A program made the translations under genes and the position numbers. The notes below the pieces were generated by a model that searched no databases, was not told where the DNA came from, and saw only the letters and a program-made list of their open reading frames with translations. Positions 40,024-55,113 of a stretch of DNA of 64,000 nucleotides are shown piece after piece. Location: assembly GCF_006345805.1 (NCBI RefSeq), contig NC_043011.1:58416464-58480463 (forward strand), read 5' to 3'. Source of the DNA: Octopus sinensis. Taxonomy: Eukaryota. Each line of letters begins with the position of its first letter. Within the stretch, counting starts at the first letter, position 1.

Positions 40024-42944
40024 TATATATACGCGTGTGTATGTGTGTACATAGGGTTCAGTAAACTTACATGATGGGTGTTGGAAACCTTGGTGAATAT
40101 TAAATATTGAACTTTGGTAGACGAAGATTTTGTCTATTAATAGGTTATATAACAAATGTGCCACATGTTCTTGAAGTACGCCCCCTTAGTTGTGTATTTG
40201 ATATTTGTTACTAGCATCACTGTTAATTAAATTAATCACAGTTAGCCCTTGTTTTTATAAAGGCAGCCGTCACCCGTGTGAGCGTATCGCTTCGTATTGT
40301 AGGCCATGATTTCACGAATTGTTATAGGTAAAAATGTGGTTACGAGGAAACACGCGAGAGTCACATTCTTTAATCTTGTATAACGTGAAAGGATGACAAC
40401 TGGAGGAGAAGAATGCGAGAAAACAAGCTGCAGTAGTCCTCAGTTCATAATCATTTAAAAGTGAGTAGATAGCTGAAAAATGTTAAGGAAAATCCTACTC
40501 GAGAAATGATGCCGCAGTCTATTTAAGAATTGAACCCTCGACGTTATGAACTAGAATCAAATGCTCTAATGTCTAGGCTCCATGCTACTTTTGATTATGA
40601 TGGGTTTCGTTAACCTGACCAAAAAGATTTTTATTGCTATCACTATTAAGCTTGGAATGCCATGTTCAAGTGCAATTTTCATAATCTGTAATTTTCACAA
40701 TTACAGTAGATACTTCTGTACTGTAGTACTTGAATCTCAATGTTTTAGATACTGAAACATCTAGGGGAATATATGTCTCCTACTTGTAAGGATAATCACA
40801 TTTTGTCGCAAGTTTCCAACTCTGTATGATACATATGACAGACCGTGCGGTGTTAATTTTATGTCTCTCTCACCTTGATCTATATAACAGAACAAACACA
40901 ACTCTCATGACATATGCAATCTCAGTAAATGTTCAAATGATCAACATTTAATGTGACAGACAGTTTTATTTCACAGGCTTCCATTTATAGGTGTGGGCAT
41001 CTCTGTGTGTGTGCATGCGTGTGTCAGTGTGTATGTGCGTAATAGTCAAAGAGAAAATGCTGGTGTTATTTGTTTGTCGAAATATATTTTCTAGTAAAAT
41101 ATTTATGGAAACAAGCTGAAGATTATTAACACAGGAGTCTCAATACTGTCTTTCGAACTGTTACAAGCATTAACCTGACTTTCTTTCAAACACAGCAGAT
41201 CATCTAAAATAAACTGATACGGTGTTATTTAAGGTTTTATTATCTAGAATTGTATTAGCTAATCCAAGCCTAAATAAAATACAGATGGTCATCCCAGGAA
41301 CCGTTTTGTTGTTGGTTCACTAAGTCAGGTATTTTCTGCTACTAACGAACAACATTAAAGGCAACAAAAATGGTCGATACTTTTACTGTTAAAATTGTCC
41401 TTTCGAGAGATATGTTTTGTTCCGTTGTTGGGCGTGGCAATCAAGATACAAAAATTCTATACTAGCTAACCTATCATTTTAGAGTAAGGGAAGACATCAC
41501 ACAGGCAATCGATAGAAATGAGTTTGTGTTACGTAATCAGTTAAATCAGAACTCGCGAAACGATACACTCCACGAAAGGATTCGTTTAAATAGAAGAGGT
41601 ATTGTATAGTGAAATGGGTAGAAACCATGGTCTACATGGTCTCATGCCATTGATTATGTTTATTTAAAGTGTAGCTTATTCAAAGCCTATGTATTAGAGA
41701 ACTGCTCTCTAATTTGTTATTTAACCTAGGTCCGTCCCAATCGCACAAGTCCATGCTGAAATATGCCTCTCCCATGGCAAACTCATCGCTATCCTTCAGT
41801 ATTTTCAGGTATTATGGTATTAAAGCAAATTTATATTTTCATTTCTAGCAAGTTGAATGGTCACGATGAGGTTCCTGCAGTGTTTCAACTTGTCATGAAT
41901 AGTATGATATAGAAGCGAGAAGATCAAAAGATACTTTTAATTTATTGCCAATAAATATAAACAGTGAGATCATTGACAAAAAAAGCTTTAATAAAATTTA
42001 TGGTTTTCATTTGAGGCTGCTTCGTCGTTTGTCTAAGTAAATTTTCTTCCTGTCAGCTATGCAAATTTCTTACGCTATTTAGTTTAATATATTTTACACA
42101 TAGTATATGATCGTATGATCATTATTCCACCAAAGTTCGGTGAAGTGTCTGCTTGCTGAGGAGGTGCAATGAAACGAAAACTAGTCCTGAGTTGTCTGCT
42201 GTTATTGCTGGACAAATCAAAACAATATTAGTCATTGACGAGTATTTTCCCTTCTCAGAAACATAGTTTACTAAAAGCTTAGTAATGACCATTGCATTAT
42301 AAAATATTTCACATTAATTTCGTATTTTTTACAAAGTTATATTTTCTTTATATTTGGACACGGGAAAAGAAAATAAAAATATTTTGTTGTTTTTACCAAA
42401 TGTGTTTGAACTAAAAGTGATTGTAGGAATGTCTAGACATCATTGTTATGAATGAATCCCAAGTGAATCTAAAGAACAACTCATCAGACAATGAATTAGA
42501 ATATTCATGAATAATGAATATAAATGATTTAATTTTAATATAATAAGTATAATAAGTGGTAAAAAAGGATACATTGTTACATAATGGCAACTTTCATACA
42601 GAGAGATTAATAACTTTTCTTGCTACCGTTCAACCGCAGGGTACAAATTTTTTATTGGATAAGCTGCAATTCAAAACTTTCTAACAATGGCCATTTTTGT
42701 TTAACCATAATTATTTTTATTAACATATTTATTAACTTGACTTTAAGAAGGGAGGATATTATTTGTGAGATGTTAGAGCCCCTATTTCTCTCAGATCCAA
42801 AGATCGATTACAATGCGAGGTGGTTCATATGTCGTTTTTCGTTCATTTCGGATTTTCTCTATGTTGCTTTTATGCATCTCTACTGAACACCTGCAGTCCT
42901 GCTGAGCATTCCGAATCTTCTGAGACCAATCCGTATGTTTTATC

Positions 42945-43062
42945 TTTGTTTTACTCTTTTACTCGTTTCAGTCATTTGACTGTGGCCATGTTGGAGCGCC
43001 GCCTTTAGTCGACCAAATCGACCCCAGGACTTATTCATTGTAAGCCTAGTACTTATTCTATC
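42945..43062 (-). mobile_element. SINE family A, 3' tail
   Basis: TTACTCTTTTACTCGTTTCAGTCATTTGACTGTGGCCATG. Confidence 0.85.
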
Positions 43063-43283
43063 TGTGTTTGATACTTTATGGGAGAATGGCTAGACTATTA
43101 CATCGCTCCTAGGGTTCAAATGAAACTAATTTCAGAGAACCCAAAAGGATGAAAGGTAAAACTGACTTCAGCAGAATTTCAACTGAATGAGTAAAGCCAG
43201 AAAAAATGCAGCGACGCAATTTGTCCAACATGGCAAAGATTCAGTGAGTTTGCCGCTCTAAATAGGAATTATAATACTGTCTT

Positions 43284-43575
43284 TGTGGAGGCGCACTGGC
43301 CCAGTGGTTAGGGCATCGTACTCGCGGTCGGAGGATCGCGGTTTTGATTCCCAGACCGGGCGTTGTGTGTGTTTAAGGAGCGGAAATACCTAAAAGCTCC
43401 ACGAGGCTTCGGCAGGGGGTGGTGGAGACCCCTGTTGTACTGTTTCGCCCCAACCTACTGTTTCTTGGGTAACGCTGCGATTGACTGGCGAGCCGTCTAT
43501 CTGGGGGGAATACATAGGTCACAGAAACCAGGAAACCGGGCCCATGAACCTGGCTCGGCTTGAAAACGGCGCATA
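43284..43575 (+). mobile_element. SINE family C (tRNA head, possibly Arg-like)
   Basis: GTGGAGGCGCACTGGCCCAGTGGTTAGG (A box)...GGTTTTGATTCCC (B box). Confidence 0.85.
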
Positions 43576-44204
43576 AATATAAAAATAAATTAAAGAAATA
43601 TTATTTTAAAATTTTGACATGGGAACATCAATATCGGAGAAAGGTTGAGTCGATTACATCGATGCAAGTGCTCGTCGCTCTGAATAATAATTACAATATT
43701 AACAAAGACTAAGTGAAGAATAAATTTCGAGCCCCAAAATCATTGAATTTCTTCTTAATCGATGAAAATAGTAAGGGAAGATCAATACGATATCTAAACA
43801 TGGAAACGAAACTGAATTGTTAACATAGCTTTCAAACAAATTTCCAATCCAAAGAGTAATTGATACAAGTTTAAAAAAAACACACAATATAAACAGTGCA
43901 TATGAGAGTGTTGTTGATTGTAAACAGAATGCCTTTCGATAAAAATAGTAAAATTGAAAATAGTTTTACGGGAAATAGTGTAACTGAAAATATTATTGCT
44001 TTCTCTAAATATATCTACAATATGCGAAATTTATTTTATCTGAAAATATTGCCTGCGAAACTATAATTTGCAAACGAGATAGAGGTAACGAATTACAACA
44101 GTCTCTTCTGAATCATATCTAATTTCCTCAGTAATAAATAGGTATGGCATTTTGCACTCACACACACACGTGCACATATACAAAAAACAGACATACAAAC
44201 TCAA

Positions 44205-44239
<35 letters not shown>

Positions 44240-44322
44240 CATATAATATACAAACATGTATACATATATATGTATACACACTGAAACATATATACATACA
44301 TACGTGTATATATATATCTATA

Positions 44323-44372
<50 letters not shown>

Positions 44373-45791
44373 TAAATGGATATGTGCGCATGAAAGCAGA
44401 TATATGAACGTATGAATGTATGCATATTATAAATAGGCATACATATGTGTATGTGTGGGTATGTATGTATATATGCATTTTTAAGTATTTATATGTTTGT
44501 ATATGTATATGTGTGTGTGTGAGTGTACGTATATATATATATACTGTGTATATACATATACATATATTGTATATAGATACACACACACACACCACACACA
44601 TATATATATATATATATCTGTATATATATACTGTACATACCTGTATATGTGCAATGGTGTATAGGTGCGTTGCCATGTCAGTGCATGTGTCGTTTGACAC
44701 AATTTTGAAACGTATTGCTAACATTTAATGTGAAACTTCCTCTAAAAGTAAACAGATTCTGTATTTGTAGTTCGAAACGTTTAACTGTTTTATATTAATT
44801 CTCACTTTTGCTTTTTTTATTTATTTGAACATCGGAAATTGAATTAATAATTCAGTATTACGTCAACTTTGTAGTTCTGTCTGAATGGTTTTGAAAGGGT
44901 TAGGGTTAGGAGGCGGCACACTTCAGGTTACAAGTGCAGTAATATGAACAACTGTGAAAGTTATATGGCGTACGTTGCAAAGTATTAATATGCAAACTCC
45001 ACGGTGACCGTATTCCTTTTTCTAGCATCCTGTTTGACAAAAAATAGATATACGCATCCTGTATTGACCAAAAATCCAGCATTCCAATTAAAGAGTATAA
45101 AATCCACAGAATTGTCTCCCCTTATTCACAGGAACTGGATAGCACCTGCCCCATTTCCTGTTTTGACACATAAACATCCAACCTTCTCAAACAAAACACT
45201 ACACCAAAACATATGCATCCTAATCCTCCAAAGAAGATTTTCCATGGAATAATATTGAAATTTAAAAGCATAAAGACACTAGAACGTATTGGTATACTTA
45301 TTTATTAATTTTTGTATATATTTATTATTTTTTTGAAAAAAAAATACATTGTCAATTTCTTTTTTCCTCTTCCTCAATTTAAAATTTAAAATCTTGAAAA
45401 TGTGCCTTGCAATGAAAGCTGGTTTAATTTCTTTTTTAATTTTTCATACACCCATTTTTATTAAAATTTACTTTCAATTTAGCAGTCTGCCTTATTATTT
45501 TTTCGTCTCTCATATACATATATATATACATACATACATACACACATATATATATATATACACAAAACGATTTGTTCTTTTCCAGGCTATACCCAAACAT
45601 GGCTGCTGCTCGATGACTTAGTGAAATATGAGCAATAAATAACATGCTACACTCTACCTTATACTGCAATGAATATCAGATGCTTCAATGTGGGTCTCAA
45701 TTTGAAAAAGTTACATACTATGGAGTGTATTTGTGAATTATTTGTAGATGTTCCATCGATTACCATCCTCATTCAATAAATCCGATTGCTA

Positions 45792-46205
45792 AGGCGGTGA
45801 GCTGGCAGAAACGTTAGTACGCTGGACGGTATTTCGTCTCTCTTTACGTTCCGAGTTCAAATCTTGCCGAGGTTGACTTTGCTTTTCATTCTTTCGGGGT
45901 CGATAAATTTAATACCAGTTACGCACTGATGTAATCGACTTAATTCCTTTATCTGTCCTTATGTGTCCCCTCTATGTTTAGCCCCTTGTGGGCAATAAAG
46001 AAATAAGAAACTGTAGCACGCGGGGCAAAATGCTTAATGGTATTTCATCTGTCTTTACGTTCTGAATTCAAATTCTGCCGAAGTGGACTTTCCCTTTCAT
46101 CCTTTCGGGGTCCCTAAAGTTTGTACTAGGATCGTACTAGTGCCGATCTAATAGAAGGGCCTCCTCCCTCAAAATTTCGAGCCTTGTTCCTGGGGTAGAA
46201 AATAA
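45792..46205 (+). mobile_element. SINE family B dimer
   Basis: Two tandem heads, at about 45792 and 46005. Confidence 0.8.
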
Positions 46206-47012
46206 TAAATCCGCTTGCTGATGGCTCGTATAAATTAAGACTATAACAATCTCCATACTCTAAAATTTTCATTTTAGCCTCCATCAGATTCCATCATGTT
46301 ATCGATGCAAATCGTTATGAAATATGAACGAACATTAAACTTATGTTTTGCCGTGTGGTGTGAAGTATCTCACTGCAGTAAAAATAATCCATTATAAATA
46401 TAATTACAAAAAAACAATTTCTTTCTTTTTAATTGATATTGTTGTTTAATTTTAATCAAATATGCACTAAAAGATGTTTAAAAGCTTTCACACTTCAAAC
46501 ACAACAAACCAAACATATTGTCTCGCCCACCCTTTTGTATAATTATGTGCCAGCAATCTTCAACCACTTAAAAAATGTAAATATAAATAATAACTTACTA
46601 AAATGTATAACTCTTACTCTTTGTGTGTGAGTGTGTGTGTGTGTGTGTGTGTGTCTTACATATGATAAAACACAATTTGTTTTCTGTCGATCAGGCTAGA
46701 GGGAAAGGAGAACAAAAGAGAAGAAATCAACGCATGAAGTGGGAGTGGGCAACAATCACAGAAGCTGAAGCAGATGAAGGTAGGCAGTCTCCGAAGATGC
46801 TCATGTTTTAATCAAAATAAAACTGCAATTATTTATCATAAATTGTATTTACGTTACCAGTTTCTCCCTCTATCTCTACCCCTCTCTCTCTCACACCCAC
46901 ACAAGTTGAAAAACATACACACACACATACACACTCACAAATATATATAAAACTGAATATTAAAGGTATTTGTTTTCAAAATATTACCGTTAACAATGTT
47001 ATGCGAGCGATA

Positions 47013-47087
<75 letters not shown>

Positions 47088-47244
47088 TAGATAGATAGAT
47101 AGATAGAAAGATAGATAGATTAGTACGCACACACACACGCACAAACATATATATATTAGGGACTTTGCAGCCTTTGAAACATATGTAGAGAATAATAAAA
47201 AGGAATTTTGTTAAATCTTCGTTCAGCTCCATTTCTTCCTACAC

Positions 47245-47331
<87 letters not shown>

Positions 47332-47719
47332 GTATGCATATGCATATATACTCATATATATATATATGTATATATACGGAGAGAGGGACTGTGGGGAGTG
47401 GGATTCGTGTGTTCTTGTGTAGGTATATATACACATATATTATGTGAGTGATAGTTTCAACCCTGACGTTATAGTAGTGTATGATTCTTCAATTGCTTCA
47501 GTCCGTCGTTCGTACATATATTTATTGATAAAACATTAATAAACATATATTTATTGATAAAACATTAATAAAACTGTCGGCATTTTTGATGACGCAGGTA
47601 TACTAGTATACATATATTTATACGCACATACACGACAAATTGTATAGACACTCCACAAAGCATCGTTTTGTGCTTATTTGAACTGGAAAAGATTTATGTT
47701 TTATTAATTGACATATTTA

Positions 47720-48736
47720 TGTTTCAGTTCAATCGTGCCACAGACGAAAGAAGCTTGGAGCTGTCTGAATTTCAAAGAGGCCGTATCGCGAGTCAATATG
47801 AAGGTGGACTTAGTCAGAATAAAATCGCAGAAAACCTCGGGATCTCACTTTCTACATTTAGTAGAGTGATTGTGCAATTCCCCAGGCAGAGCAAGGATTC
47901 CACATTATCTCGATCAGGTCAACCAGGAGACTCTGACACGACCCTTCGCTTTGTAAAGTCAAGTGTGGAGGATAACCCCCGTTGCAAGTTCTCTAACATA
48001 CAGGAACAAATTGGTATCTATCCCAGAACACCTGTCAGGTATCTCCACAAACTTGGTTACTATAGCAGAGCAGCAAAAAGGAAGCAACGTTTTTAACCAG
48101 CCAATATTAAGGTGAGAAAACATTGGGCCAGTGAAATAGTGGTGAGGCCACTAGCCGTTTGGGACACTTTCATATTCTCTGATCAATCCAAATTTGCCTT
48201 ATTTTCTGACAGTCGTCGACTGTGGGTCTGGAGGCTCCATGATCAAGAATTTGACGAGAAAATATTACAGCCAACAATGAAATATGGAGGCTATTCTGTG
48301 ATGCTCTGGAGTACAGTTTGGAGCAATGGTTGGTCAGAGCTGGTGGAGTGTGAGGGAAGTTCAGATTAATATATGTCCATTCTGTAGAAAGGACTCCTTC
48401 CAATCTTCTCCAGTGAAGGAATGATTAAGGAAGACTCGCCATTTATGGAATAGTGGGCTCGTTGTCACACGGCTGAAATGAGCTACGTTTGGTTGGAAGA
48501 GAATGGCATTGAAAAGCTTGCAAGGCCGAACCAGTCACCAGGTATCAAAGCTACTGGACACCTCTACGCCGTAATGAAAACAACACGTCATAAAAAGAAC
48601 AACAAGACACACTGAAGGCCACATATTTTGAGATTGGCAAGAAATTTCACGAGAGAATATTCGTCATCTGATTATAGGTATGCTTAATAGGATCCTGTCA
48701 TTGAAAAATGTAAAGATCATGTCTTCCAAATATTAG
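47720..48736 (+). pseudogene. Decayed Tc1-family transposase
   Basis: ELSEFQRGRI..GLSQNKIAENLGISLST (HTH), RSGQP, FIFSDQSKF, QPTMKYGGYSVMLW, PNQSP; stops and frameshifts. Confidence 0.9.
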
Positions 48737-48797
48737 TTATTCACATTTTTTAAAGTTTCAGCTCAGAGCTGCGGCCATGCTGATGCACCCCGCTTTG

Positions 48798-48903
48798 AAT
48801 GAAAGGCAAAGTCGACCTCGGCGGAATTTGAACTCAGAACGTAACGGCAGACGAAATACAGCTACTCATTTCGCCCAGCGTGCTAACGTTTCTGCCAGCT
48901 CGC
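48798..48903 (-). mobile_element. SINE family B head
   Basis: GAAAGGCAAAGTCGACCTCGGCGGAATTTGAACTCAG...TCTGCCAGCTCGC. Confidence 0.85.
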
Positions 48904-48956
48904 AGAATGTTTAATTTCAGATTTAAATTAATGGTTGTCCATTATGTGTGTGTGTG

Positions 48957-49002
<46 letters not shown>

Positions 49003-52000
49003 TATATAAATTTTGTTGATATCGAACACAAACTCACCTGCTTTCACCTTGTATTTCCAGGTAACTCATTTTTGCCTTCCGCAAAGCATTACTGCTTTTT
49101 AAGAAATACAACAATATCTCCCATGCATTAAGTATTAATATCTCCCATACTTCAAGTACGTCGTGATATATTCTATACTTTCGACTTTATTTATCTCACT
49201 TTATTCTTTCGAATCCAATTTGTGTTTATAGTATTTAGTATTTAAATCCGTTTTTAGATAAACTGAAATCATATGTGATCACAGAATATGTAATGAAAAG
49301 TATTTTGGTAATTCTGAGTTAACTAATTACTTACTATTGAAATAACTTGTTGCACCATAAAGACATTCTTATAAAACCTCAAAAGAATATTCTTACAAAA
49401 CCTCCTACTTTCTGCTCAGGCTTTTTTCGATTAAAGTTTTAAGTGTCTGAAATAAGTTGCTTTCAATAATGTTATTACGGAGATGAAACGTTTTTCATTA
49501 CCTGCATCAATTTTATACTCGGCATTTTTGACCTCATATCCTTATCGAATGTCTTCTTTTCGAGATGTTTACCAATTTCCATACTGCACTCAAGTGTGGC
49601 ACCTCTATTAGCAAACTAATAATTCTTTTATCAGTCTAGACATGCAAAATAGTCGCGGTAAATGCTATTCAGATCATACAAGTTTAAGATATTAAAAGAC
49701 AGTCAAATTGAAATGATTGTAGCACTGAGCTTCCTGATAAGATTTTCAATCTTTGAACATTATACGTAAGGAAACTTTTGAAGTAATTTCCTGTCAGTAT
49801 TCAATGGTGAAAATTTAAGTCCATATTCGCATATTACTTCCTTTTTCTCGCCATAGCTACTTGGCCCATCCTGACTTGGTTAACTTAGCTTTTCGTTACG
49901 ATTTTACGATATTTATATATTGCATATATTTTACCATATTCTTATATTAGATATATTTGCTTACAAGTGGCATGTGTCCTTTTGGTTTTGGGTTTTTTGT
50001 CTGATATGTTGTTATTCAGGGACGTATTTCCAGTTGTTGATGTATTAGAACGGATTGTTGCACTTAATATTGTTAGCATTCTATACTTGTGTGATGTCTT
50101 TATTAAATCTTCTTAGGCAAAAATCCAGTCACATGATATAGTGCTGTCTCGAATCTTTTTAAATGATGAAATATACTCTAGTAATATACTTTTGTAAGAC
50201 CTGGACTGCGCCACATCCACTTCGCATCTTCGCCATAGTAAATTTGGTTGAATATCTCAGAGACTGGCATTCGTAGTTTAAGTCGTAAATATATTGTAAT
50301 TTTGTCAAAACATTTTTTTTTCAAGAAATACTCTTTGTCGTTTCTTCAACAACATTAGCTTAAATTACTGTCTCGGTTCCACTGGTTGAGTATCGGGCCA
50401 TTACACATGTAATGAACCATCGACAGATATCCTCGGTCAATCTCTATGTAAACTCTTTCTATACTATTTTAATAAATTCTGGATAGTAATAGAACTTTAG
50501 TATGTGAAGAAATTTGAGGAATATAAAAAAAGAAATTAATCTGGAAATTTGTAAAAGCGAAATAGAAAATTTTGAACTCTTGTGCCATCTATTATTGAAT
50601 TCATAAATAGTGTCTAATACCATTTATATGTGGAGTGTCGCCTCTTTGTTCTTTTTCATCAGACCATTACCGCTTCCTTTACACTTGCACCCAGCTTCTT
50701 CCCCTCTTCTTCATCACCTTACTATTTTGTCTACACAGCATAACCAGAAATAGATATTTCCTTTATGTTGAAACTTTCTTCACTAACGTTATATTTATCT
50801 TATTTCTCATTACTTAAAACATATTTTAATCTTTCAAATATTTATAATACTAATTACCAAATGAAAACATCACTAGTTTCTTCGTGCTCTACTATTTCAG
50901 AAGTTGTTTTTTCCTTATCTAAGATCTCATATGCTACTTGTTTCATTAGCAAAATGTCATATATGACTCTAAGTTCTGATACACTTCCAAATTATATCTT
51001 ATCCGAGATAAATCTATCTTGTATTAATTTGTTAGGTTTCTCTCGTCTCCTTTCAAGTCTAGGTTCTTCAGTCGGAAGATTGGAAATGTTTCTACATTAC
51101 CGGAGCCGCAGCTTACGGCAATTCGTCCTCGCAGTTATTGGGTATAAAAGTTTCCTCGACTAATTACAAAAGCCTATCAATATCTATGCTTTAATCATTG
51201 AGCCATAAAGTTGAAAATAAGTATTAACTAAATTACTTTTCCTTAAAACATTAACATTTTCAAAACTTCATGACCTTACAACAAACTGTGAATTCTGTAT
51301 TCCATTCATTTCTTTTCTTCTTGGGCTCAAACTTCTGTTTGTAATTAAATGATAAAAACGCAGAGAAGGAAAAAAAGAGAGAGAAGAGCTTAGTTGTTGC
51401 ATCGTATTTCATGTATGATGGCAGACACTCGAGAGAGCGCTACACTAATCATATATCTAGGTTATTGTTATACTGTGAAGTGTATTTATCAAATCAAAGG
51501 AAATCAAAACGATCTCGAGAATATGTTGATGTGATGGTTGTAGCTGTATTTAATGGCTAAATATGTAGTCAGTATAGAGTATTGAAATTTGATATCTTCC
51601 TCTTTGCTCAAGCGGAATATAGTAGCTAATATATAAAAAGAAGTGTTTCGTTGTGTGTTTCTGAATGTTTTCTTTTGATTTGTACTTTCCGACTTCATAT
51701 ATTGATTTGAACAAGATATGAGTGAGATATTTCTGGAAAAAAACTGCATTTTGTTTCATTTTTTCTTTATTTTCGTAAACTGTACTTTTAATATTTGTCT
51801 CTTATCGAAGAAAATTGATATACATAAAACAGGAAAAAAATATTTTATACATTATCAATAACAGACATTAAAACGTTTGCTTTGTATCTCAGAGAAATAA
51901 TTTTGTTTGCGTTATTAGATGGATATCATTTTTGCTTCATATGTACGGCAACACACCCATGTTGATTTAAGATTTAAAGATATTTTTTATCTCTCCATAT

Positions 52001-52309
52001 CTAGAGATTTTTATATAATTACATTTCACTGAGAAAAAAAAAGGAAGTTTAATCAATAATCTATGAGGCACACAGTCGATATGGAATATTTACCTTTAAG
52101 CATGATAGATTTATCACAGTAATTAACTACATCGACGGAAAATAGAAAGCTCATTGAACGTCTCTATAATGCAAATGCTTTAAATACAAGGTTGACAAGA
52201 ATGTCAGACACTAAAGCTCGATATATTTCCCGTCACACAATAACCCATATTGTAATGGGAAGACAAACTAATGGTTTATGAATAAATCAAGCGATCTATC
52301 CATAATGAT

Positions 52310-52617
52310 ATCACCGTGATCACCGCGACCGACCAGGCTATCAGATGTTGCTACACATCGCTGGTCACAATGCGCTTCGCATTGTTTTTCTAGCCTTCAA
52401 ATGACATCACCCCACTGGCTAAGCGAGCAACGGAAGAAAGAGTGAGAGAAAGTTGTGGTGAAAGAGTACAGCAGGGATCGCCACCCCCTGCCGTAGCCTC
52501 GTGGAGATTTAAGTGTTTTCGCTCAATAAACACTCACAACGCCCGGTCTGGGAATCGAAACCGCGATCCTACGACCGCGAGTCTGCTGCTCTAACCACTG
52601 GGCCATTGGGACTCCAC
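52310..52617 (-). mobile_element. SINE family C with a different 3' tail
   Basis: Family C head; tail GCGAAGCGCATTGTGACCAGCGATGTGTAGCAACATCTGATAGCCTGGTCGG. Confidence 0.85.
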
Positions 52618-53884
52618 CCATAATTATATAAATAAAGGTAAATTGTGATGTGTTATAGTTTGAAACATAAAGCAAGTTACACTAGCAGCCTGAAAGAAGA
52701 TAAACTACTGCCCTTACATCGTTGATTGGGCGTGGCTGTTCAAAGTGAGGCTACTATTGAAAGATTTTTTATTTTGATCACAGGGACGGCGCAGTTTATC
52801 CCAGCAGAATTTCAATCTCCATAAAGAGAAAACAAAAACTAAATACACAAACCCATTACAAATCAGTATGATAATGTCAACTAGCCACCATTCATCACGC
52901 AAATAGATTTCTTATATAAGCCCAACACTGACAACTAATAGAAAAATATAGGTCGGTAGGAAGGAGCGAGATGGAGCGTTCGCCTTCGGTATATGTCTAC
53001 CATTGAGTCTATTGGCGTCGAAATACCAAGAATGAAAGTTAACACCAATAATATTTGAATATCGTAATGTAAAATGTCAAAAAAAGTATTTCAAGCATTT
53101 AGTTAAACGTTGTACTGGTTCTATCTCAACGTTTGCTTGCTGAAATTATTTGAAGTTCTACAAGTTTAACAGTACAATGTATGGCCTTTTATCGCCTGCA
53201 CTTGCACACAAGCATACTAGAAATATTCTTTTCTACACTAGGCACGGGGCCTCAATATTTTTTTTTGCGCAACTGGTATTTAATTTAAAGACCCCGCAAG
53301 GAGGAAAGGCAAATTTGACATCGGCGGTATTTGAACTCAGAACGTAAAGGCAGACGAAATAATATACTAGAAATGTTACCATATATCAATGTATTTTCTG
53401 TAAATATTCCTTTTTCTATGACAACAACTAAACGGTTATTGTAACAACATACATATTATTCTTCTACAAAACACATGATGTCAACGCAGCATCCAATTGA
53501 ATAATTCCTTGAAATATACAATGCATCTAGTCCAGTATAGAACGGCCTCATTTCAGAGAGGGAAGCGGTGTAAGTGTATTATCCGAATGCAAATATTTTC
53601 CAGGAAAATATTTCATCAATCTTCAAGTGAAGACACGTCATGATCAGAGTGAGTGGTCTGATTCCAAAACAAACTGCGAAGAACTATAACGCTTGTTTGT
53701 AATACAGGAATTTTTTTTTACATAGCATTCTAACATTTCTCTCATTCATTCGAAGTCCCAGCCGATAATAATTATTTTAGTATCAATACGAAAATAATAT
53801 GAAGCAATAAACGAAAATCTACCAGTTGTAAGATAAAATATATACTGATTGAAAGAGACACACACACACATATATGTACATACA

Positions 53885-53925
<41 letters not shown>

Positions 53926-54018
53926 TATATATATATGTCCATATATATATATGTATGTATGTATATATATGCGTGCATGTGTACGTATGTATGTATGTAT
54001 ATATATATACGTATATAT

Positions 54019-54052
<34 letters not shown>

Positions 54053-54315
54053 GTATATATGTGTGTGTTTATAGATATAGATATATGTAAATTTTGTTTT
54101 TATTACCACTCAATTGGAAATGGTTTTTACAGAAGAGATTTTCTATAATTTATCACATATTAAATGATGAAAATAATTGATTGCTCTATTTTTAGTCGAC
54201 TGATCTAAGATAGCTAATTAGACGAAATACTGAGCATACAGCGGATAACAGAGTAATTCTGTGTATGGAACAGAATCGAATCAATCCTACATTGTTGTTG
54301 TTATTATTATTATTA

Positions 54316-54347
<32 letters not shown>

Positions 54348-54349
<2 letters not shown>

Positions 54350-54780
54350 TAGGTTTATTTTTATAGCGTGCTTTCACTTCACTACCGAGCGCAGCTCTGT
54401 GTGCCTTGGGTATGTGCTGTGATTTGTTGTGATGCTCTGGTGGTTATTGTATGGAAAGTGTTCTGCGTAGGATGTGTGCAGTGCCTAGTAGTGCAATTTT
54501 CTGTATGTTATATGTGTTTGTAAGTCCTGGTGTTTTTGTTATGTAATTGTCTGAATATTTTTTTATCATGCCTAATGGACCTACTATGATAGGAATTATT
54601 TCTGTTTTTAGATTCCACATTCTGGTTACCTCTATTTCCAGGTCTTTGTATTTTGAGAGTTTCTCCATTTCTTTTCGAGACACGTTGTCATCAGCCGGTA
54701 TTGATACATCAATTAGAAAGCCTTTTTTTTCTTCATGATCTTTGACGACTATATTTGGTCTGTTGGCCTTAATTTCTCTA
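54348..54780 (-). mobile_element. 5'-truncated R4/Dong element within (TAA)n
   Basis: ANRPNIVVKD...KEMEKLSKYKDLEIE...QKIALLGTAHILRRTLSIQ*; TTA repeats at about 54300-54347 and 54781-54816. Confidence 0.9.
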
Positions 54781-54816
<36 letters not shown>

Positions 54817-55113
54817 TTTTTTTTCTTCTTTCAGATTTGCTTCCATTTCTTGCCGAGTGTCTTCCCGACTCCTAGGGCAAAGAAACTCATAGTATACATT
54901 GGTAGGCCATTAAACCAAACTCAATAGTTCGTTCATTTTTTTTTTAAGTTAAATTAAAATACATGAGCAGCAACAGTTCTCACATCGACAATGCTCTTCT
55001 CAATACGTGTGATGTACCAGTTAAAACAATCTTTTGCACTTCTTGCAGGGATGGTAAGCCAGGGATCATTCTCATATAATTTTCGGTTCCCTTCTTGATC
55101 ATTCCTAGTGTTC
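54817..55113 (-). mobile_element. 3' end of another R4/Dong subfamily, fused to a SINE C head
   Basis: Minus translation GTLGMIKKGTENYMRMIPGLPSLQEVQKIVLTGTSHVLRRALSM* (stop 54980-54982), 3' UTR, then (TAA)n. Confidence 0.8.

Noticed and set aside
43284-43355. tRNA gene
   Set aside because: A/B boxes present but no proper acceptor stem, and it continues into a repeated SINE body
44897-44910. GGGTTAGGGTTAGG telomere-like motif
   Set aside because: Only about two units; expected by chance
47514-47572. 28-bp direct tandem duplication
   Set aside because: Ordinary slippage duplication
49900-50450. Possible piggyBac-like remnant on the minus strand
   Set aside because: Only faint peptide resemblance; cannot be supported without an HMM search
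51062-51145. GC-richer island after a pyrimidine tract and AG, possible exon
   Set aside because: Weak donor, no recognisable peptide, no partner exons
53380-53760. Possible third mariner remnant
   Set aside because: No diagnostic motif readable
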